From the NCBI RefSeq assembly GCF_024706985.1, contig NZ_JAMCCX010000018.1, positions 1-64,000 on the forward strand: a stretch of 64,000 nucleotides of DNA, written 5' to 3'. The translations under genes and the position numbers were made by a program. Origin of the DNA: Alicyclobacillus sp. SP_1. GTDB taxonomy: Bacteria > Bacillota > Bacilli > Alicyclobacillales > Alicyclobacillaceae. A model generated the notes under the pieces. It did not search any database, was not told where the DNA came from, and saw nothing but the letters and a program-made list of their open reading frames with translations. Each line of letters starts with the position of its first letter. Position 1 is the stretch's first letter. This document shows, piece by piece, positions 1 to 9,771 of the stretch.

Positions 1-90
1 GACGCGAAATGGTCAAATGCGAAATGGTGCGATTGAATGAGGAAATGAGAGAAAAACGTACTTTTCCTGAGAGAGGATATCACGGAGGAA

Positions 91-693
91 GTGGTTGGAC
101 GAAATTCCTCCCGGTCCGCGAGGTTGACACGGCCAAACTTGGATATGCAGTGGCTGTCGAAGAAAGCATCCGTCGCAAAGTCGCGCTGGCAGTCGGTCAT
201 AAAGCCTCTCTTTACGCGCGATGACGATCTCGATGACGCAGACGATAGTCAGGCATCATCACCCATCGGCAAAGTTCCTAGTCCACCGATATCTGCATCG
301 GAAAGTACTCCCTTGGCATCGTCGGCGGGGACTCGAACACCACTAACGACCGCTTCGACGGTGCACGTGGATGGTGGCGGAGAGCGAAAGGCTGTCACCA
401 AAGAAGATTTGATCGCTTATTTGCGGAGTATCGAAATCTTGGATGAGCATGGGGAACTGGCTAGACTCCAAAAAGAGCGAATGGGATTACTAAACCGAGT
501 GGATTTGCGTGAACAGGAAATACGTCAATTGGAGAAACAGAAGGCGTATTTAGAACAGCAATGTCAGGAGATGCAGCGCGATTTAGACACGCTGGTGAAT
601 GCTATGCAGATTGCGAAGCGCCGCACCGTATCTGGGGAACATGTAGTCGACGCTACGTTGAATCAAGCAGCCTCAGATTCCACCGCACCATAG
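91..693 (+). CDS. hypothetical protein with acidic N-region and C-terminal coiled coil
   Basis: ORF track 200 aa; heptad-like EQEIRQLEKQKAYLEQQCQEMQ segment; no recognisable catalytic motif; start uncertain. Confidence 0.35.
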   Translation: MVGRNSSRSARLTRPNLDMQWLSKKASVAKSRWQSVIKPLFTRDDDLDDADDSQASSPIGKVPSPPISASESTPLASSAGTRTPLTTASTVHVDGGGERKAVTKEDLIAYLRSIEILDEHGELARLQKERMGLLNRVDLREQEIRQLEKQKAYLEQQCQEMQRDLDTLVNAMQIAKRRTVSGEHVVDATLNQAASDSTAP

Positions 694-1095
694 GCGTGGT
701 CGTTGTTGAGGGACTTGTCGAAAACGTTACGCGAGTGGTGAGCTAGATGAATGCGCGGTGTTGCAGAATGGGCGCACGGAGGACCGTGCGCCTTCACGTT
801 GCATACAAAACAAAGATGGACTCATGAACCGTATAGATTGGTGATCGTCGACGTATTTTGCTGTGAAAGAGGAATTTCACTCTGTTGTGGTGAAGTCCCC
901 TAGAAGAGACGGAAGGCTTTTCGACTCCGCCTTGAGACGTTGCAGCGGTCGAGAAAGCCGAATTCACTGCTTTCTGAGGGTCTCTCAAAGGTGCCACAGG
1001 TGAGCCCGCTGTGATTCCTTTTGGACACCTTCACACGGTGCAGTCACGGTCAAAGGGACACACGAGGAATGCATACCAAATTCTATGGGGGCGGA

Positions 1096-2322
1096 ATGAT
1101 GTCTTTTTATAGTTGTATTGCGGGAATGCGTTGCGCAAAATGTCAAAAGGAAGAGCCTGTGCAATATGGCCAGACGACGTGTGAATGTGGCGGTCCACTG
1201 ATGGTGCAATACGATTTAGAACGGGCTAAATCACAGGTTACTGTGTCTGACCTTATTCATCGCACTCAGACCATATGGCGGTACCATGAACTACTGCCGA
1301 TTCTCCAAGTGGACCACGTGGTGTCCCTTCACGAACCGATGACTCCCCTCATTGCTGTTCCCGAATACGGCCGCAAAATTGGCTTGCCCTCTCTCTTGGT
1401 AAAAGACGAGGGTGTTTTGCCTTCTGGTACGTTCAAAGCGCGTGGAGCAGCGGTTGGTATGTCTAAAGTGAAAGAGATGGGACTCAAGCATGTAGCCATC
1501 GCAACGAATGGAAATGCCGGAGCCGCATGGGCACTCTACGGGGCTCGGGCGGGGGTTGCCGTCACCGTGGCTACGCCGACCAATGCTCCCATCACTGCCC
1601 GCAAAGAGTGTGTCATTTCTGGTGCGGACCTGTTCACGTTGGATGGAACCATCGGTGATGCGGGCGTTCTGATGGAGCGCATGTCTCAGCAAAATGATTG
1701 GTATCATGTCTCTACCTTGCATGAGCCGTATCGACTGGAAGGCAAAAAGACTATGGGTTACGAAATTGCCGAGCAATTCGGCTGGTCTGTTCCGGATGTC
1801 TTAGCCTTTCCTACGGGCGGGGGTATCGGCATTATCGCGATTTATAAAGCACTAGCAGAAATGCGGGAAATGGGTTGGATTGGCGATAAATTACCGCGCA
1901 TCGCTCTGATCCAATCTTCCGGATGCGCACCGTTGGTACGAGCGTTTGAAAAAGGTGTCAAATCGAGTGCAGGGTGGGAAGATGCGGATACGATTGCGTT
2001 CGGAATGCGGGTTCCCAATCCATCGGGTGACTTTCTCATCCTCGATATCGTGGAGCAGTCTGGTGGAATCGCGATTGCAGTCGATGACTCCGATATTATG
2101 GAGACGCGTCGGCAGGTCGCCGAGCTTGAGGGTTTGCACGTTTGCCCAGAGGGAGCAGCGGCTTTGGAAGGAGTGCGTCAACTTCGCGAGAGTGGTTGGA
2201 TTCGCGCCGAGGAGCGAGTCTTGGTCATGAATACCGGGTCAGGACTTAAGTACATCGACCAGATTGAAGGCGCCGGACAGCTGGTAGAGCCTTCCACGAT
2301 GAAACTCTCTGTTGGGCGTTAG
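1096..2322 (+). CDS. threonine synthase-like PLP-dependent enzyme with N-terminal Cys4 zinc-ribbon
   Basis: CAKCQ...CECGG zinc ribbon, then GTFKARGA PLP-lysine motif and fold-type II signatures; ORF 1021-2322, start placed at ATGATG 1096 after GGGGGCGGA SD. Confidence 0.7.
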   Translation: MMSFYSCIAGMRCAKCQKEEPVQYGQTTCECGGPLMVQYDLERAKSQVTVSDLIHRTQTIWRYHELLPILQVDHVVSLHEPMTPLIAVPEYGRKIGLPSLLVKDEGVLPSGTFKARGAAVGMSKVKEMGLKHVAIATNGNAGAAWALYGARAGVAVTVATPTNAPITARKECVISGADLFTLDGTIGDAGVLMERMSQQNDWYHVSTLHEPYRLEGKKTMGYEIAEQFGWSVPDVLAFPTGGGIGIIAIYKALAEMREMGWIGDKLPRIALIQSSGCAPLVRAFEKGVKSSAGWEDADTIAFGMRVPNPSGDFLILDIVEQSGGIAIAVDDSDIMETRRQVAELEGLHVCPEGAAALEGVRQLRESGWIRAEERVLVMNTGSGLKYIDQIEGAGQLVEPSTMKLSVGR

Positions 2323-2389
2323 TTCTCTTCAGGAGATAGAGCGATTGGGGCACGTTTGGGGAGGAAGTTGAAGATTCGAAGACCATACC

Positions 2390-2431
2390 GGAGACACGGT
2401 CCCGTCTAGGGCGTGTCTCCTATTTTCTGTT
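2390..2431 (+). terminator. rho-independent terminator after thrC-like gene
   Basis: GGAGACACG...CGTGTCTCC 9-bp stem followed by TATTTTCTGTT. Confidence 0.5.
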
Positions 2432-2460
2432 CACTTGCCTGGATGAGATATCTTGAAAGC

Positions 2461-2492
2461 AAAGTATAGTATCCACAGAGAAAGTATAGTAT
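2461..2492. promoter_or_regulatory. direct repeat AAAGTATAGTAT x2 (21-bp phasing), candidate operator upstream of HTH-PBP regulator
   Basis: exact 12-bp repeat at 2461-2472 and 2481-2492 immediately 5' of regulator start. Confidence 0.4.
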
Positions 2493-2521
2493 TCTGTGCA
2501 AAGAGGAATCTGGGGGATGGA

Positions 2522-3700
2522 GTGTGGACAGTGGAGACTGGGAGGGCGCTACAAAATCAAGTTGCGAAATATCGTCAGTTCGCGAATTGGTCTCAGGCGT
2601 TCGTTGCCGACCGCATTGGCGTTACTCGCCAAACAGTGCGTCTGATTGAATCGGGCAAGATGATTCCAAGTACGCTCGTTGCGTTGCGCTTAGCACAGTT
2701 GTTCCATGTGTCGGTAGAAGATCTGTTTGCGGAAGACACGGTGTCTTCCGAGCAGTTGGTGGATGTTTGGCCGGACGATGCAGTCGTGCAAGGGCATCGA
2801 GTGGTGGTCGCGGACATTGGTGGTCGGCGCATTGTACGGCGAGCCGTTGGGACCGAGGTTTACCCCATTCCCGCCGCACCTTATGTCGGCACCTTAAAGC
2901 ACAGCGTAGACAAAAATAAAGGAATCGTGAGCGGCGGCATGGGACCAGGTCCCGAACCATCGTTTTTGTTGGCGGGCTGTGACCTTGGTTTAGGACTGTT
3001 GTCCAGCCACTTAAGCAAACCTGCTGGTCGCGCCGCCGTCAATGCCGTCTGGCTTGCGACCGATAACGAGAGGGCCCGCCGACAATTGTTCGCCCACGCA
3101 GTCCATGTTGCAGCTGTCCATGTGGCGGATGATGCCGCAACAGACGGGGGCGATGAGCGAGCGAGTGGCAGTGGTGAACGATACCACTCTCGCGCGAGTG
3201 ACGACGGCGCTTTTGGTGCTTTGGAAGTCATGCGCATCCAGTTTGCTCGGTGGCAGGTTGGGTGGCTTGTGCAACCAGGAAATCCACAAGGTTTTGGGGG
3301 AGTGGAAGACTTGGCGCATCAGCGACTGCGACTTGTGAATCGACCGAAAGGGTCTGGTGTCCGAAAATTGCTCGACCATCTTCTTGCAGAGGCTGGCATC
3401 TCTCAGAATGAGGTCAGTCAGTATGAATTCTGCGTCGGAGGGCATCGGCAAGTCGCTGAGGCGATTGCCAGTGGTCTCGCACATGTGGGCATCGGCAGCG
3501 AAACGGCCGCCGCGATGCTCGGTCTGGACTTTTTGCCTTTGCGAACCGAGCGAAGCGAGTTGTGGATCCCGCTGTCGCAGCGGGATCACCCGATGACAGA
3601 CCGATTGATGCAGGTGTTGCACTCGGATACCTTTCGCAAAGATTTGGAATCGTATGGGCCTTGTGATGTTCAAAAAATGGGGTGGAGGTTGGAGAAGTGA
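2522..3700 (+). CDS. XRE-family HTH regulator fused to periplasmic-binding-protein-like (oxyanion-binding type) domain
   Basis: HTH_XRE signature SQAFVADRIGVTRQTVRLIESGKMIPS; C-terminal PBP-like fold; ORF 2453-3700, start moved to GTG 2522 after GGGGGA SD. Confidence 0.6.
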   Translation: MWTVETGRALQNQVAKYRQFANWSQAFVADRIGVTRQTVRLIESGKMIPSTLVALRLAQLFHVSVEDLFAEDTVSSEQLVDVWPDDAVVQGHRVVVADIGGRRIVRRAVGTEVYPIPAAPYVGTLKHSVDKNKGIVSGGMGPGPEPSFLLAGCDLGLGLLSSHLSKPAGRAAVNAVWLATDNERARRQLFAHAVHVAAVHVADDAATDGGDERASGSGERYHSRASDDGAFGALEVMRIQFARWQVGWLVQPGNPQGFGGVEDLAHQRLRLVNRPKGSGVRKLLDHLLAEAGISQNEVSQYEFCVGGHRQVAEAIASGLAHVGIGSETAAAMLGLDFLPLRTERSELWIPLSQRDHPMTDRLMQVLHSDTFRKDLESYGPCDVQKMGWRLEK

Positions 3701-4731
3701 AAATCCGCAAAAACATCGTGACCTACGGTACGGCGATACTCATGGCAACGGCCTTGTCGGGATGTGGGACAGTCCATTCGCCGTCATCGGCCAGCGACGC
3801 CAATGCGGGCGGTGGGGGCGCTGCTTCAGGGTCAACGGCGCTGAATCGTGAGGCGAATGTGGCCTATGCCGGGTCGCTTGAATTGGTCAATAACCAATTT
3901 CTCGGTCCTCAGTTCTCAAAGCAGACAGGAATTCACTATGAAGGTCGAGGCGGCGGTGCTTTCGGCATGGCTCATTTGATTGCAAGCGGAGAGATTCACC
4001 CCAATGTCTTCGAGAGCATCGGAACGGCGCCATTGACGAAGATGGGAACAAAAGTTCCGAAATGGGCGATTGGTTTTGCAAGCTCCCCGCTGGTCGTGGC
4101 CTATTCTCCGTCCAGTCCGTATGCGGCAGAGTTTCGCCAGATTGCAGAGGGCCACAAGCCACTCCGCGACCTGTTTATGTTGATGGAGAAGCCCGGGTTT
4201 CATTTGGGGCGAACCAATCCGAACACGGACCCTCAGGGTCAGTCGTTCGTGCTCATGGTCAAGCTGGCGCAGCGGCAGTTGCATCTACCTTCGGGAACTG
4301 CGGCGAAAATTCTCGGACAGGTCGACAATTCTAGCCAAATTTACTCAGAAGAGGGGATTTTGTCGCGGTTACAAGCCGGTCAGTTGGATGCAACCAGTGC
4401 CTATCTTCCGGAGGCCATTCAACACCATCTCCCCTACATTTCTTTGCCGAGTTCCATGAATATGGGCAATCCGGAAGACGCCTCGACGTACGCGTCTGTT
4501 CAAATGCGTTTGTCGAACGGATCGACCGTGCATGGTCAACCGATTGAAGTCTACGTCACCACCGTTCCAGGGGCTGAGGACGAGAACGCGGGGACACGCT
4601 TTGTATCGTTTTTGCTGTCTGACAAGGGGCGTTCAATTTTTGTCAAAAACGGCTTCCAGTGGACGAAGTTTATCGTCTGGAAATCAAAGAGTGCAATTCC
4701 TTCTGCCCTTCAAAAGGAAATTGCAGGTTGA
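3697..4731 (+). CDS. ABC transporter substrate-binding lipoprotein, WtpA/TupA/ModA-like (tungstate/molybdate/sulfate class)
   Basis: signal peptide plus lipobox LSGCG; AYAGSLELVNN motif resembling WtpA; GGAGG SD 8 nt before GTG 3697; 4-nt overlap with regulator stop. Confidence 0.65.
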   Translation: MKIRKNIVTYGTAILMATALSGCGTVHSPSSASDANAGGGGAASGSTALNREANVAYAGSLELVNNQFLGPQFSKQTGIHYEGRGGGAFGMAHLIASGEIHPNVFESIGTAPLTKMGTKVPKWAIGFASSPLVVAYSPSSPYAAEFRQIAEGHKPLRDLFMLMEKPGFHLGRTNPNTDPQGQSFVLMVKLAQRQLHLPSGTAAKILGQVDNSSQIYSEEGILSRLQAGQLDATSAYLPEAIQHHLPYISLPSSMNMGNPEDASTYASVQMRLSNGSTVHGQPIEVYVTTVPGAEDENAGTRFVSFLLSDKGRSIFVKNGFQWTKFIVWKSKSAIPSALQKEIAG

Positions 4732-4736
4732 GTTCG

Positions 4737-5534
4737 ATGCGCCGTCGCAATCCAGCAAATATCGGTACCGTGGGTCTCGCTCTCGTGGCTAGTCTGTGTA
4801 TTGCGTTTCTCTTGCTTCCTCTTATAGCGTTGCTTCTTCATGTATCTTTTGTAGATGTATGGAAGCAGTGGGCGGAAAGTGGTGAACAGCCGCTGTGGAC
4901 TTCTTTGTGGACGTCGTTCGTCAGCATGGCGGTCATCGTTCTTTTTGGGACTCCACTCGGATGGTTGCTCGCTAGGCGTCAGACTAAACCTTGGAAAATA
5001 ACGGAGTTAGTCTTGCTCGTTCCCTTGTTGATGCCTCCGCTGGTCATTGGTCTGCTGCTGGTCTACTTCTATGGACCGTATGGTCCGATTGGCAGTGTGC
5101 TCGGGCACTTTGGAGTCTCCGCATCGAACAGCAGCTTAGCGGTCATTCTGGCACAGTTGTATGAGTCTGTTCCGTACTATGTGTTTGCCGCCCAGGCGGC
5201 TTTTCGACAGGTCGATCAACGATTGGAACGCACGTCTCTGTCGCTCGGGGTGGGGCCGTGGAAAACCTTTCAGAGAATCACGCTGCCGCTGGCGTGGCCG
5301 GGGTTGACGGTTGGCTTTGCGATGTCCTTTGCGCGAGCTATCGGCGCTTTTGGCGCTGTCATTGTGGTCGCCTATCATCCGTACACTTTGCCAGTCAGCA
5401 TTTGGATAGCACTTCAAGAACAAGGCCTCCCGGCCGCATTGCCGCTGGCGCTGCTGTTGTTGCTCGTTGGGTTGCCATTACCTATTTTTGTTTTTTTAGG
5501 GAGGCGTCAGGCGCGTGCTGGAGTTTCATTGTAA
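4737..5534 (+). CDS. ABC transporter permease (ModB/CysTW-type)
   Basis: polytopic membrane protein with EAA-like loop region; operon with SBP and ATPase. Confidence 0.7.
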   Translation: MRRRNPANIGTVGLALVASLCIAFLLLPLIALLLHVSFVDVWKQWAESGEQPLWTSLWTSFVSMAVIVLFGTPLGWLLARRQTKPWKITELVLLVPLLMPPLVIGLLLVYFYGPYGPIGSVLGHFGVSASNSSLAVILAQLYESVPYYVFAAQAAFRQVDQRLERTSLSLGVGPWKTFQRITLPLAWPGLTVGFAMSFARAIGAFGAVIVVAYHPYTLPVSIWIALQEQGLPAALPLALLLLLVGLPLPIFVFLGRRQARAGVSL

Positions 5535-6549
5535 GTGGAACAGGGGTACGTTTCACCTGAATGTTGAGTTGAGCGTGCCGACAGGGAGTATCTGTGCTTT
5601 GTTTGGACCATCAGCGGCCGGGAAAACCACGATTCTGAAGGCGATGGCAGGATTTTTGCCGGATTGTCCGGACGCGAGTCTACAAGTCGATGGAGAATGG
5701 TTGATGAAAAGAACGGCCGGACGCGGTTTGTTTGTTCCAGCTTGGAAGCGGCGGCTGATGTACGTCGAACAAGGCGCACAGCTCTTTCCACACTTGACGG
5801 TAGCACAGAATATCTTTTACGGCACACCCGACCTGGACAACTCCCATAAGGCTTCGTGGATGGACCCTTGGTTGGAGGAATTCGGGCTGCGACCTTACTT
5901 GCACCGACTACCACGGGAACTGTCTGGCGGTCTTGTGCAACGCGCCGTGATTGCGCGAGCCATTGCTAATCGGCCGCGGGTGTTGCTGCTCGATGAGCCG
6001 TTTTCGGCATTGGACGAAGAATTGCGCCGTGTGCTCCAAGACGCGGTTCTGCATGTGCAACGCGAACTCTGCTGCACGGTCCTTCTGGTTACGCACCAAC
6101 TGACAGAAGCACAACGGATGGCGGATACCATCTGCATGATCGTTGATGGCGAGACAGTTCAAATTGGGAAACCGGAAGAGTTGATGAACGAACCCCGCAC
6201 GTTCCAAAATGCCCAACTACTTGGATATACTCATTTGCTGCGCGATAGCGCAGGCCGCCGCTTTGCCTTTCATCCGAGTCGCGTGATATTTGGAGAACAT
6301 CCCCATTTGGGACCAGTTCAAGAAGGGATGGTTCTTGGTCAGTTTCCGCATCAGGGAGAGCGACGGGTGAGGGTTCAGTTGGCGGATGGCGGTGAGATTG
6401 TGGAGCTCTCCACGTCGATTGCAGAGGATATCCAGGTTGGACAGAGCGTCCGATTTACTGCCGTGCGGCCCCCCTATTTCCGGCCAGATGGGCTTTCTGT
6501 CTCTTTGGACCATGAGCCATGGAAAGGCAGTCGGGAGGCGAGCGTGTAG
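5515..6549 (+). CDS. ABC transporter ATP-binding protein with C-terminal TOBE/MOP domain (ModC/WtpC/CysA-like)
   Basis: Walker A GPSAAGKTT, signature LSGGLVQR, Walker B LLLDEP; C-terminal VRVQLADGGEIVELS...RFTAVRP TOBE-like; GTG start with GGGAGG SD. Confidence 0.75.
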   Translation: MLEFHCKWNRGTFHLNVELSVPTGSICALFGPSAAGKTTILKAMAGFLPDCPDASLQVDGEWLMKRTAGRGLFVPAWKRRLMYVEQGAQLFPHLTVAQNIFYGTPDLDNSHKASWMDPWLEEFGLRPYLHRLPRELSGGLVQRAVIARAIANRPRVLLLDEPFSALDEELRRVLQDAVLHVQRELCCTVLLVTHQLTEAQRMADTICMIVDGETVQIGKPEELMNEPRTFQNAQLLGYTHLLRDSAGRRFAFHPSRVIFGEHPHLGPVQEGMVLGQFPHQGERRVRVQLADGGEIVELSTSIAEDIQVGQSVRFTAVRPPYFRPDGLSVSLDHEPWKGSREASV

Positions 6550-6706
6550 AGTTTCATGGTCATGACTCTCGAATGCAATCTCTAGCAGGTATCAGGCGAT
6601 GAAAGATAGAATCAACATAGAGATGTGGATGTGTCCGCGAGGACGACTTCGCGCGGAGCGCACGCAGCAGAAAGAGACAAGCCAGCCATCAATGGGGGGA
6701 TGGAAA

Positions 6707-8437
6707 ATGCTAAGTGTGCAAGAACGGCGCCGACAGTTGGAGTCGCAGTATCCGCAATGGCCGCGGCGCACGATTGCGAGTCACTTTTTCGCGCAAGCAG
6801 AGAAGTTCGCAGACCAACCGCTGCTCATCACGGAGGACCGCACGAGTACATATGAACAGGTTATGGAAGAGTCGCGGCGCTTGGCCAGGGCTCTTCTGGC
6901 GCTTGGCGTCCGGCGCCGCGATAAAATCGCGGTCCTGATGGCGAATGAGCCAGAGTTTATCTTTTTGATGATTGCCGTTTCTATGGTCGGAGGAGTCGTT
7001 ATCCCTATCAACACCATGCTCCGTGCCGATGAACTATCGTACGTGTTGCAGCAGTCGGATACAAACATTCTTGTCATGAGCGAACGGATTGGACGGCTGC
7101 ATCACGCCGCAGCGGTGGCGGACCTGCTGTCTGCAGGCGAAACCAAGCTACCCCAATTGCGACAGGTGATTTGCATTCCTGACCGTGCGCACAATGACGA
7201 GAATGAAGAGGTCTGTCGGGACGCTGGATTTCTCGCTTGGTCTGACTTTTTAGATGGAGCCGAGAGGGTCACGGACGACGAGGTCTACGCTCGCTGGAAG
7301 GACTCCGAATACCCCGATGAAGTAGCGTTTATCATCTATACATCGGGATCGACCGGAGTGCCCAAAGGCGTTCAGCTGACGTCTGACATGTTTCTTCGTT
7401 GCGCCTATTCCACGTGTTTGAGCCGGGCTTTTGAGCTCGGGCGACGTATCTACTGTCCGCTCCCGCTATACCACGTATTTGCGATGGAAGAAGGGTTGCT
7501 GGCAGCGTCGTTTGTAGGCGGAAGTCTCGTCATTGGCCGTGAATTTACGCCGCGCATCGCGCTCGAACTGATGTCGACGCACGAAGCCACGGACATGATT
7601 TGCGTCCCGTCGATGCTCGTCGCCTTGGTCAATCATCCGCAGGTGACCGACTATTCTCTGCAATCGCTGACCGCTTTGATGTGCGCCGCAGCACCTGCGC
7701 CAGTGCCGGTGTGGAAGCGCGCTGTGGACCTCTTCGGACTGACTGAGATTTGTACGGGTTATGGCGGTACGGAAGTGACGGCCTCCACGATGCACACGGA
7801 AGTTGGCGACTCGCTAGAAGTCGTGGTCTCTCGCGTTGGGCGCATCAAGCCGGGTGGAGTGTCCGGTCTTGCTGAGTACGGAGGGGCCAATGTGCAGTAC
7901 AAAGTGGTGGATCCGGTTTCTGGCGCCGACCTTCCTTCTGGCACCATGGGTGAACTGTCGGTTCGCGGCAATGTGGTCACGCGTGGCTATTATAAGAAAC
8001 CGGAGGAGACATCGGCGGTCTTGGACGGCGATGGTTGGCTGCGGACGGGTGACTTGGGTCGGATGGATGAGTTTGGCTACTTTGAATTCTTAGGTCGCAG
8101 TAAAGATTTGTATAAAGTTTCAGGGGAGAATGTCGCGCCCAAAGAAGTGGAGGAAACTATTTCAAAGCATCCGGCGGTGAGTCAAGTTTACATTGTGGGG
8201 GTTCCGGATGGATTGACGACAGAAGCCGGGGCAGCGTTCATTGAACTGCGTCCTGGAGGAGCTTGCACGCGGTCTGACATTTTAGCTTGGTGTCACGAAC
8301 GGGTTGCTCGATTTAAAATACCGCGGTACATCTGGTTTGTCGAAGCGAGTGACTGGCCCATGACGGGTACTGGGAAAATTCAGAAGTTCCGATTGCAAGA
8401 GATGGCGCGAGAGCGCATCGGGAAGCAGAAAGACTGA
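6707..8437 (+). CDS. AMP-dependent acyl-CoA synthetase/ligase (long-chain fatty acid-CoA ligase family)
   Basis: AMP-binding motif IIYTSGSTGVPKGV; GYGGTE; C-terminal GWLRTGDLG...GKIQKF; ORF 6599-8437, start at ATG 6707 after GGGGGGATGGA SD. Confidence 0.75.
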   Translation: MLSVQERRRQLESQYPQWPRRTIASHFFAQAEKFADQPLLITEDRTSTYEQVMEESRRLARALLALGVRRRDKIAVLMANEPEFIFLMIAVSMVGGVVIPINTMLRADELSYVLQQSDTNILVMSERIGRLHHAAAVADLLSAGETKLPQLRQVICIPDRAHNDENEEVCRDAGFLAWSDFLDGAERVTDDEVYARWKDSEYPDEVAFIIYTSGSTGVPKGVQLTSDMFLRCAYSTCLSRAFELGRRIYCPLPLYHVFAMEEGLLAASFVGGSLVIGREFTPRIALELMSTHEATDMICVPSMLVALVNHPQVTDYSLQSLTALMCAAAPAPVPVWKRAVDLFGLTEICTGYGGTEVTASTMHTEVGDSLEVVVSRVGRIKPGGVSGLAEYGGANVQYKVVDPVSGADLPSGTMGELSVRGNVVTRGYYKKPEETSAVLDGDGWLRTGDLGRMDEFGYFEFLGRSKDLYKVSGENVAPKEVEETISKHPAVSQVYIVGVPDGLTTEAGAAFIELRPGGACTRSDILAWCHERVARFKIPRYIWFVEASDWPMTGTGKIQKFRLQEMARERIGKQKD

Positions 8438-8568
8438 CACTCGCGTGGCCAAGTTGTGGCTCTCCTGCTTCGTTTCGCGCACAGCCGGTGCGTTTCGAAA
8501 GGAACCTGAGTCGAGACGTACCGGCTGTGACCGTTCCTCATGCGACAGAAGTCGTCATGTTGTGAGCG

Positions 8569-9402
8569 CTAAAAATCTTGGCGTGCTCCGGCATAGCGTA
8601 TGCGATACCAAGGGTCCTGAAGAATGTTTGGAATGATCATCACACCCCAATTGTGTACCGAGGAAGACTCTAAGGCGCTTCCATTGCCAATATACATGGC
8701 GACATGCGTAATCATATTGCCAGTCGGAGTATTGTAAGTATCTCGGAAAAAGAGCAAATCGCCGGGCTTTAGTTGAGAGAGTGGGACGGGGCGTCCAACA
8801 TGAAATTGCTCATTGGCGGTCCGAGGGAGATGGATGCCATGCACGCTGAAGATGTATTGCGTGAATCCAGAGCAGTCGAATCCTGTCTTGGGAGTATTGC
8901 CGCCCCAGGTGTAGTGAAGTCCCATGTACGATTCGCCAGTTCGTATGATAGCCTCGGCGATACGAGATGCGGCCAGAGGTACGTGATAGGCCGTATTCCG
9001 CACGCGCGGTTCGCTTACTGTCCAGGTCTTCTTCCGCGTCAAGGCGCGTTTTTTCGCTACCCACTTCGAATGCTTCACGATTTTGCGTGGCACCGAGTGC
9101 TTCGTGGTTTTGGAGGCATGCAGTTCGTGGTCGTGGAATCGTTGTGGCAAAGGAATCCTTAAACGTTGCCCAATTTGCAAAAGTCGAGGATTCGTTACGG
9201 AAGGGTTGTCCTTCAAAAGAAGTGTCTCGGATGTGTGAAATTTGAGGGAGATTCCGTAGATGGTATTGCCAGCTTCGACGGTGTAAACGATGTCCTTTGC
9301 TGGACCAGCAGTTCGATTGGCGGCGAGTGCAGTTTGCGGGAAGGCGGCAACTAGGCAGCCTGCGACGGCAGCGGCAGTCAATCCTTGCATCCATTTACGC
9401 AA
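8569..9402 (-). CDS. secreted LysM + NlpC/P60 cell-wall peptidase
   Basis: signal peptide; LysM (YTVEAGNTIYGISLKF...LQIGQRLRIP); NlpC/P60 catalytic region GFDCSGF...ITHVAMYIG; AAAGGAG SD. Confidence 0.8.
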   Translation of the reverse strand: MRKWMQGLTAAAVAGCLVAAFPQTALAANRTAGPAKDIVYTVEAGNTIYGISLKFHTSETLLLKDNPSVTNPRLLQIGQRLRIPLPQRFHDHELHASKTTKHSVPRKIVKHSKWVAKKRALTRKKTWTVSEPRVRNTAYHVPLAASRIAEAIIRTGESYMGLHYTWGGNTPKTGFDCSGFTQYIFSVHGIHLPRTANEQFHVGRPVPLSQLKPGDLLFFRDTYNTPTGNMITHVAMYIGNGSALESSSVHNWGVMIIPNILQDPWYRIRYAGARQDF

Positions 9403-9526
9403 AAAATAGTACTCCTTTCAGGTGAGAAGCGACACAATGAACGAGAGACTGAGTGCATTCTAGCAAATGGAACCAAATTCGACAAAGACAATCTAGTTAT
9501 TAGTTTTACACATTGATAGAATAGAA

Positions 9527-9538
9527 TTTTCTAGAAAA
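9527..9538. promoter_or_regulatory. 12-bp perfect palindrome TTTTCTAGAAAA in AT-rich 370-bp leader
   Basis: overlapping palindromes TAGAATTTTCTA / TTTTCTAGAAAA upstream of 9772 gene. Confidence 0.25.
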
Positions 9539-9771
9539 TATACGAATGCCTGTCGCTTGCCTTGGTACTTCCACACAACAGGACATAGGATTGCGCAGAT
9601 TTTAGGCCAAAACGACGAAAAGAGGCGGGTAAAACTGGAGTTCAGTTTGCTCATGGGCTAGACTGAAGATATAGTATCCATTCGCTACTGTGTCCAACGA
9701 AGCGAACAAAGGTAACGAGGTGATTTAGAGCAGGGGTTATCCATGCAAAATTTCATGGAGGAGGAGTTCAA

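Noticed and set aside
700-1095. Possible T-box/riboswitch leader upstream of the threonine-synthase-like gene
   Set aside because: Only a single GC hairpin (GGCGCACGG-AGGA-CCGTGCGCC, about 770-792) found; no T-box, SAM, lysine or other riboswitch consensus elements recognised
3011-3673. Long antisense ORFs inside coding regions (e.g. 3011-3673 -, 11606-12157 -, 22608-23315 -, 25165-25674 -, 16412-16792 -)
   Set aside because: Typical shadow ORFs of high-GC DNA: no SD, low-complexity Arg/Pro/Ser-rich products, fully embedded in well-supported genes on the opposite strand
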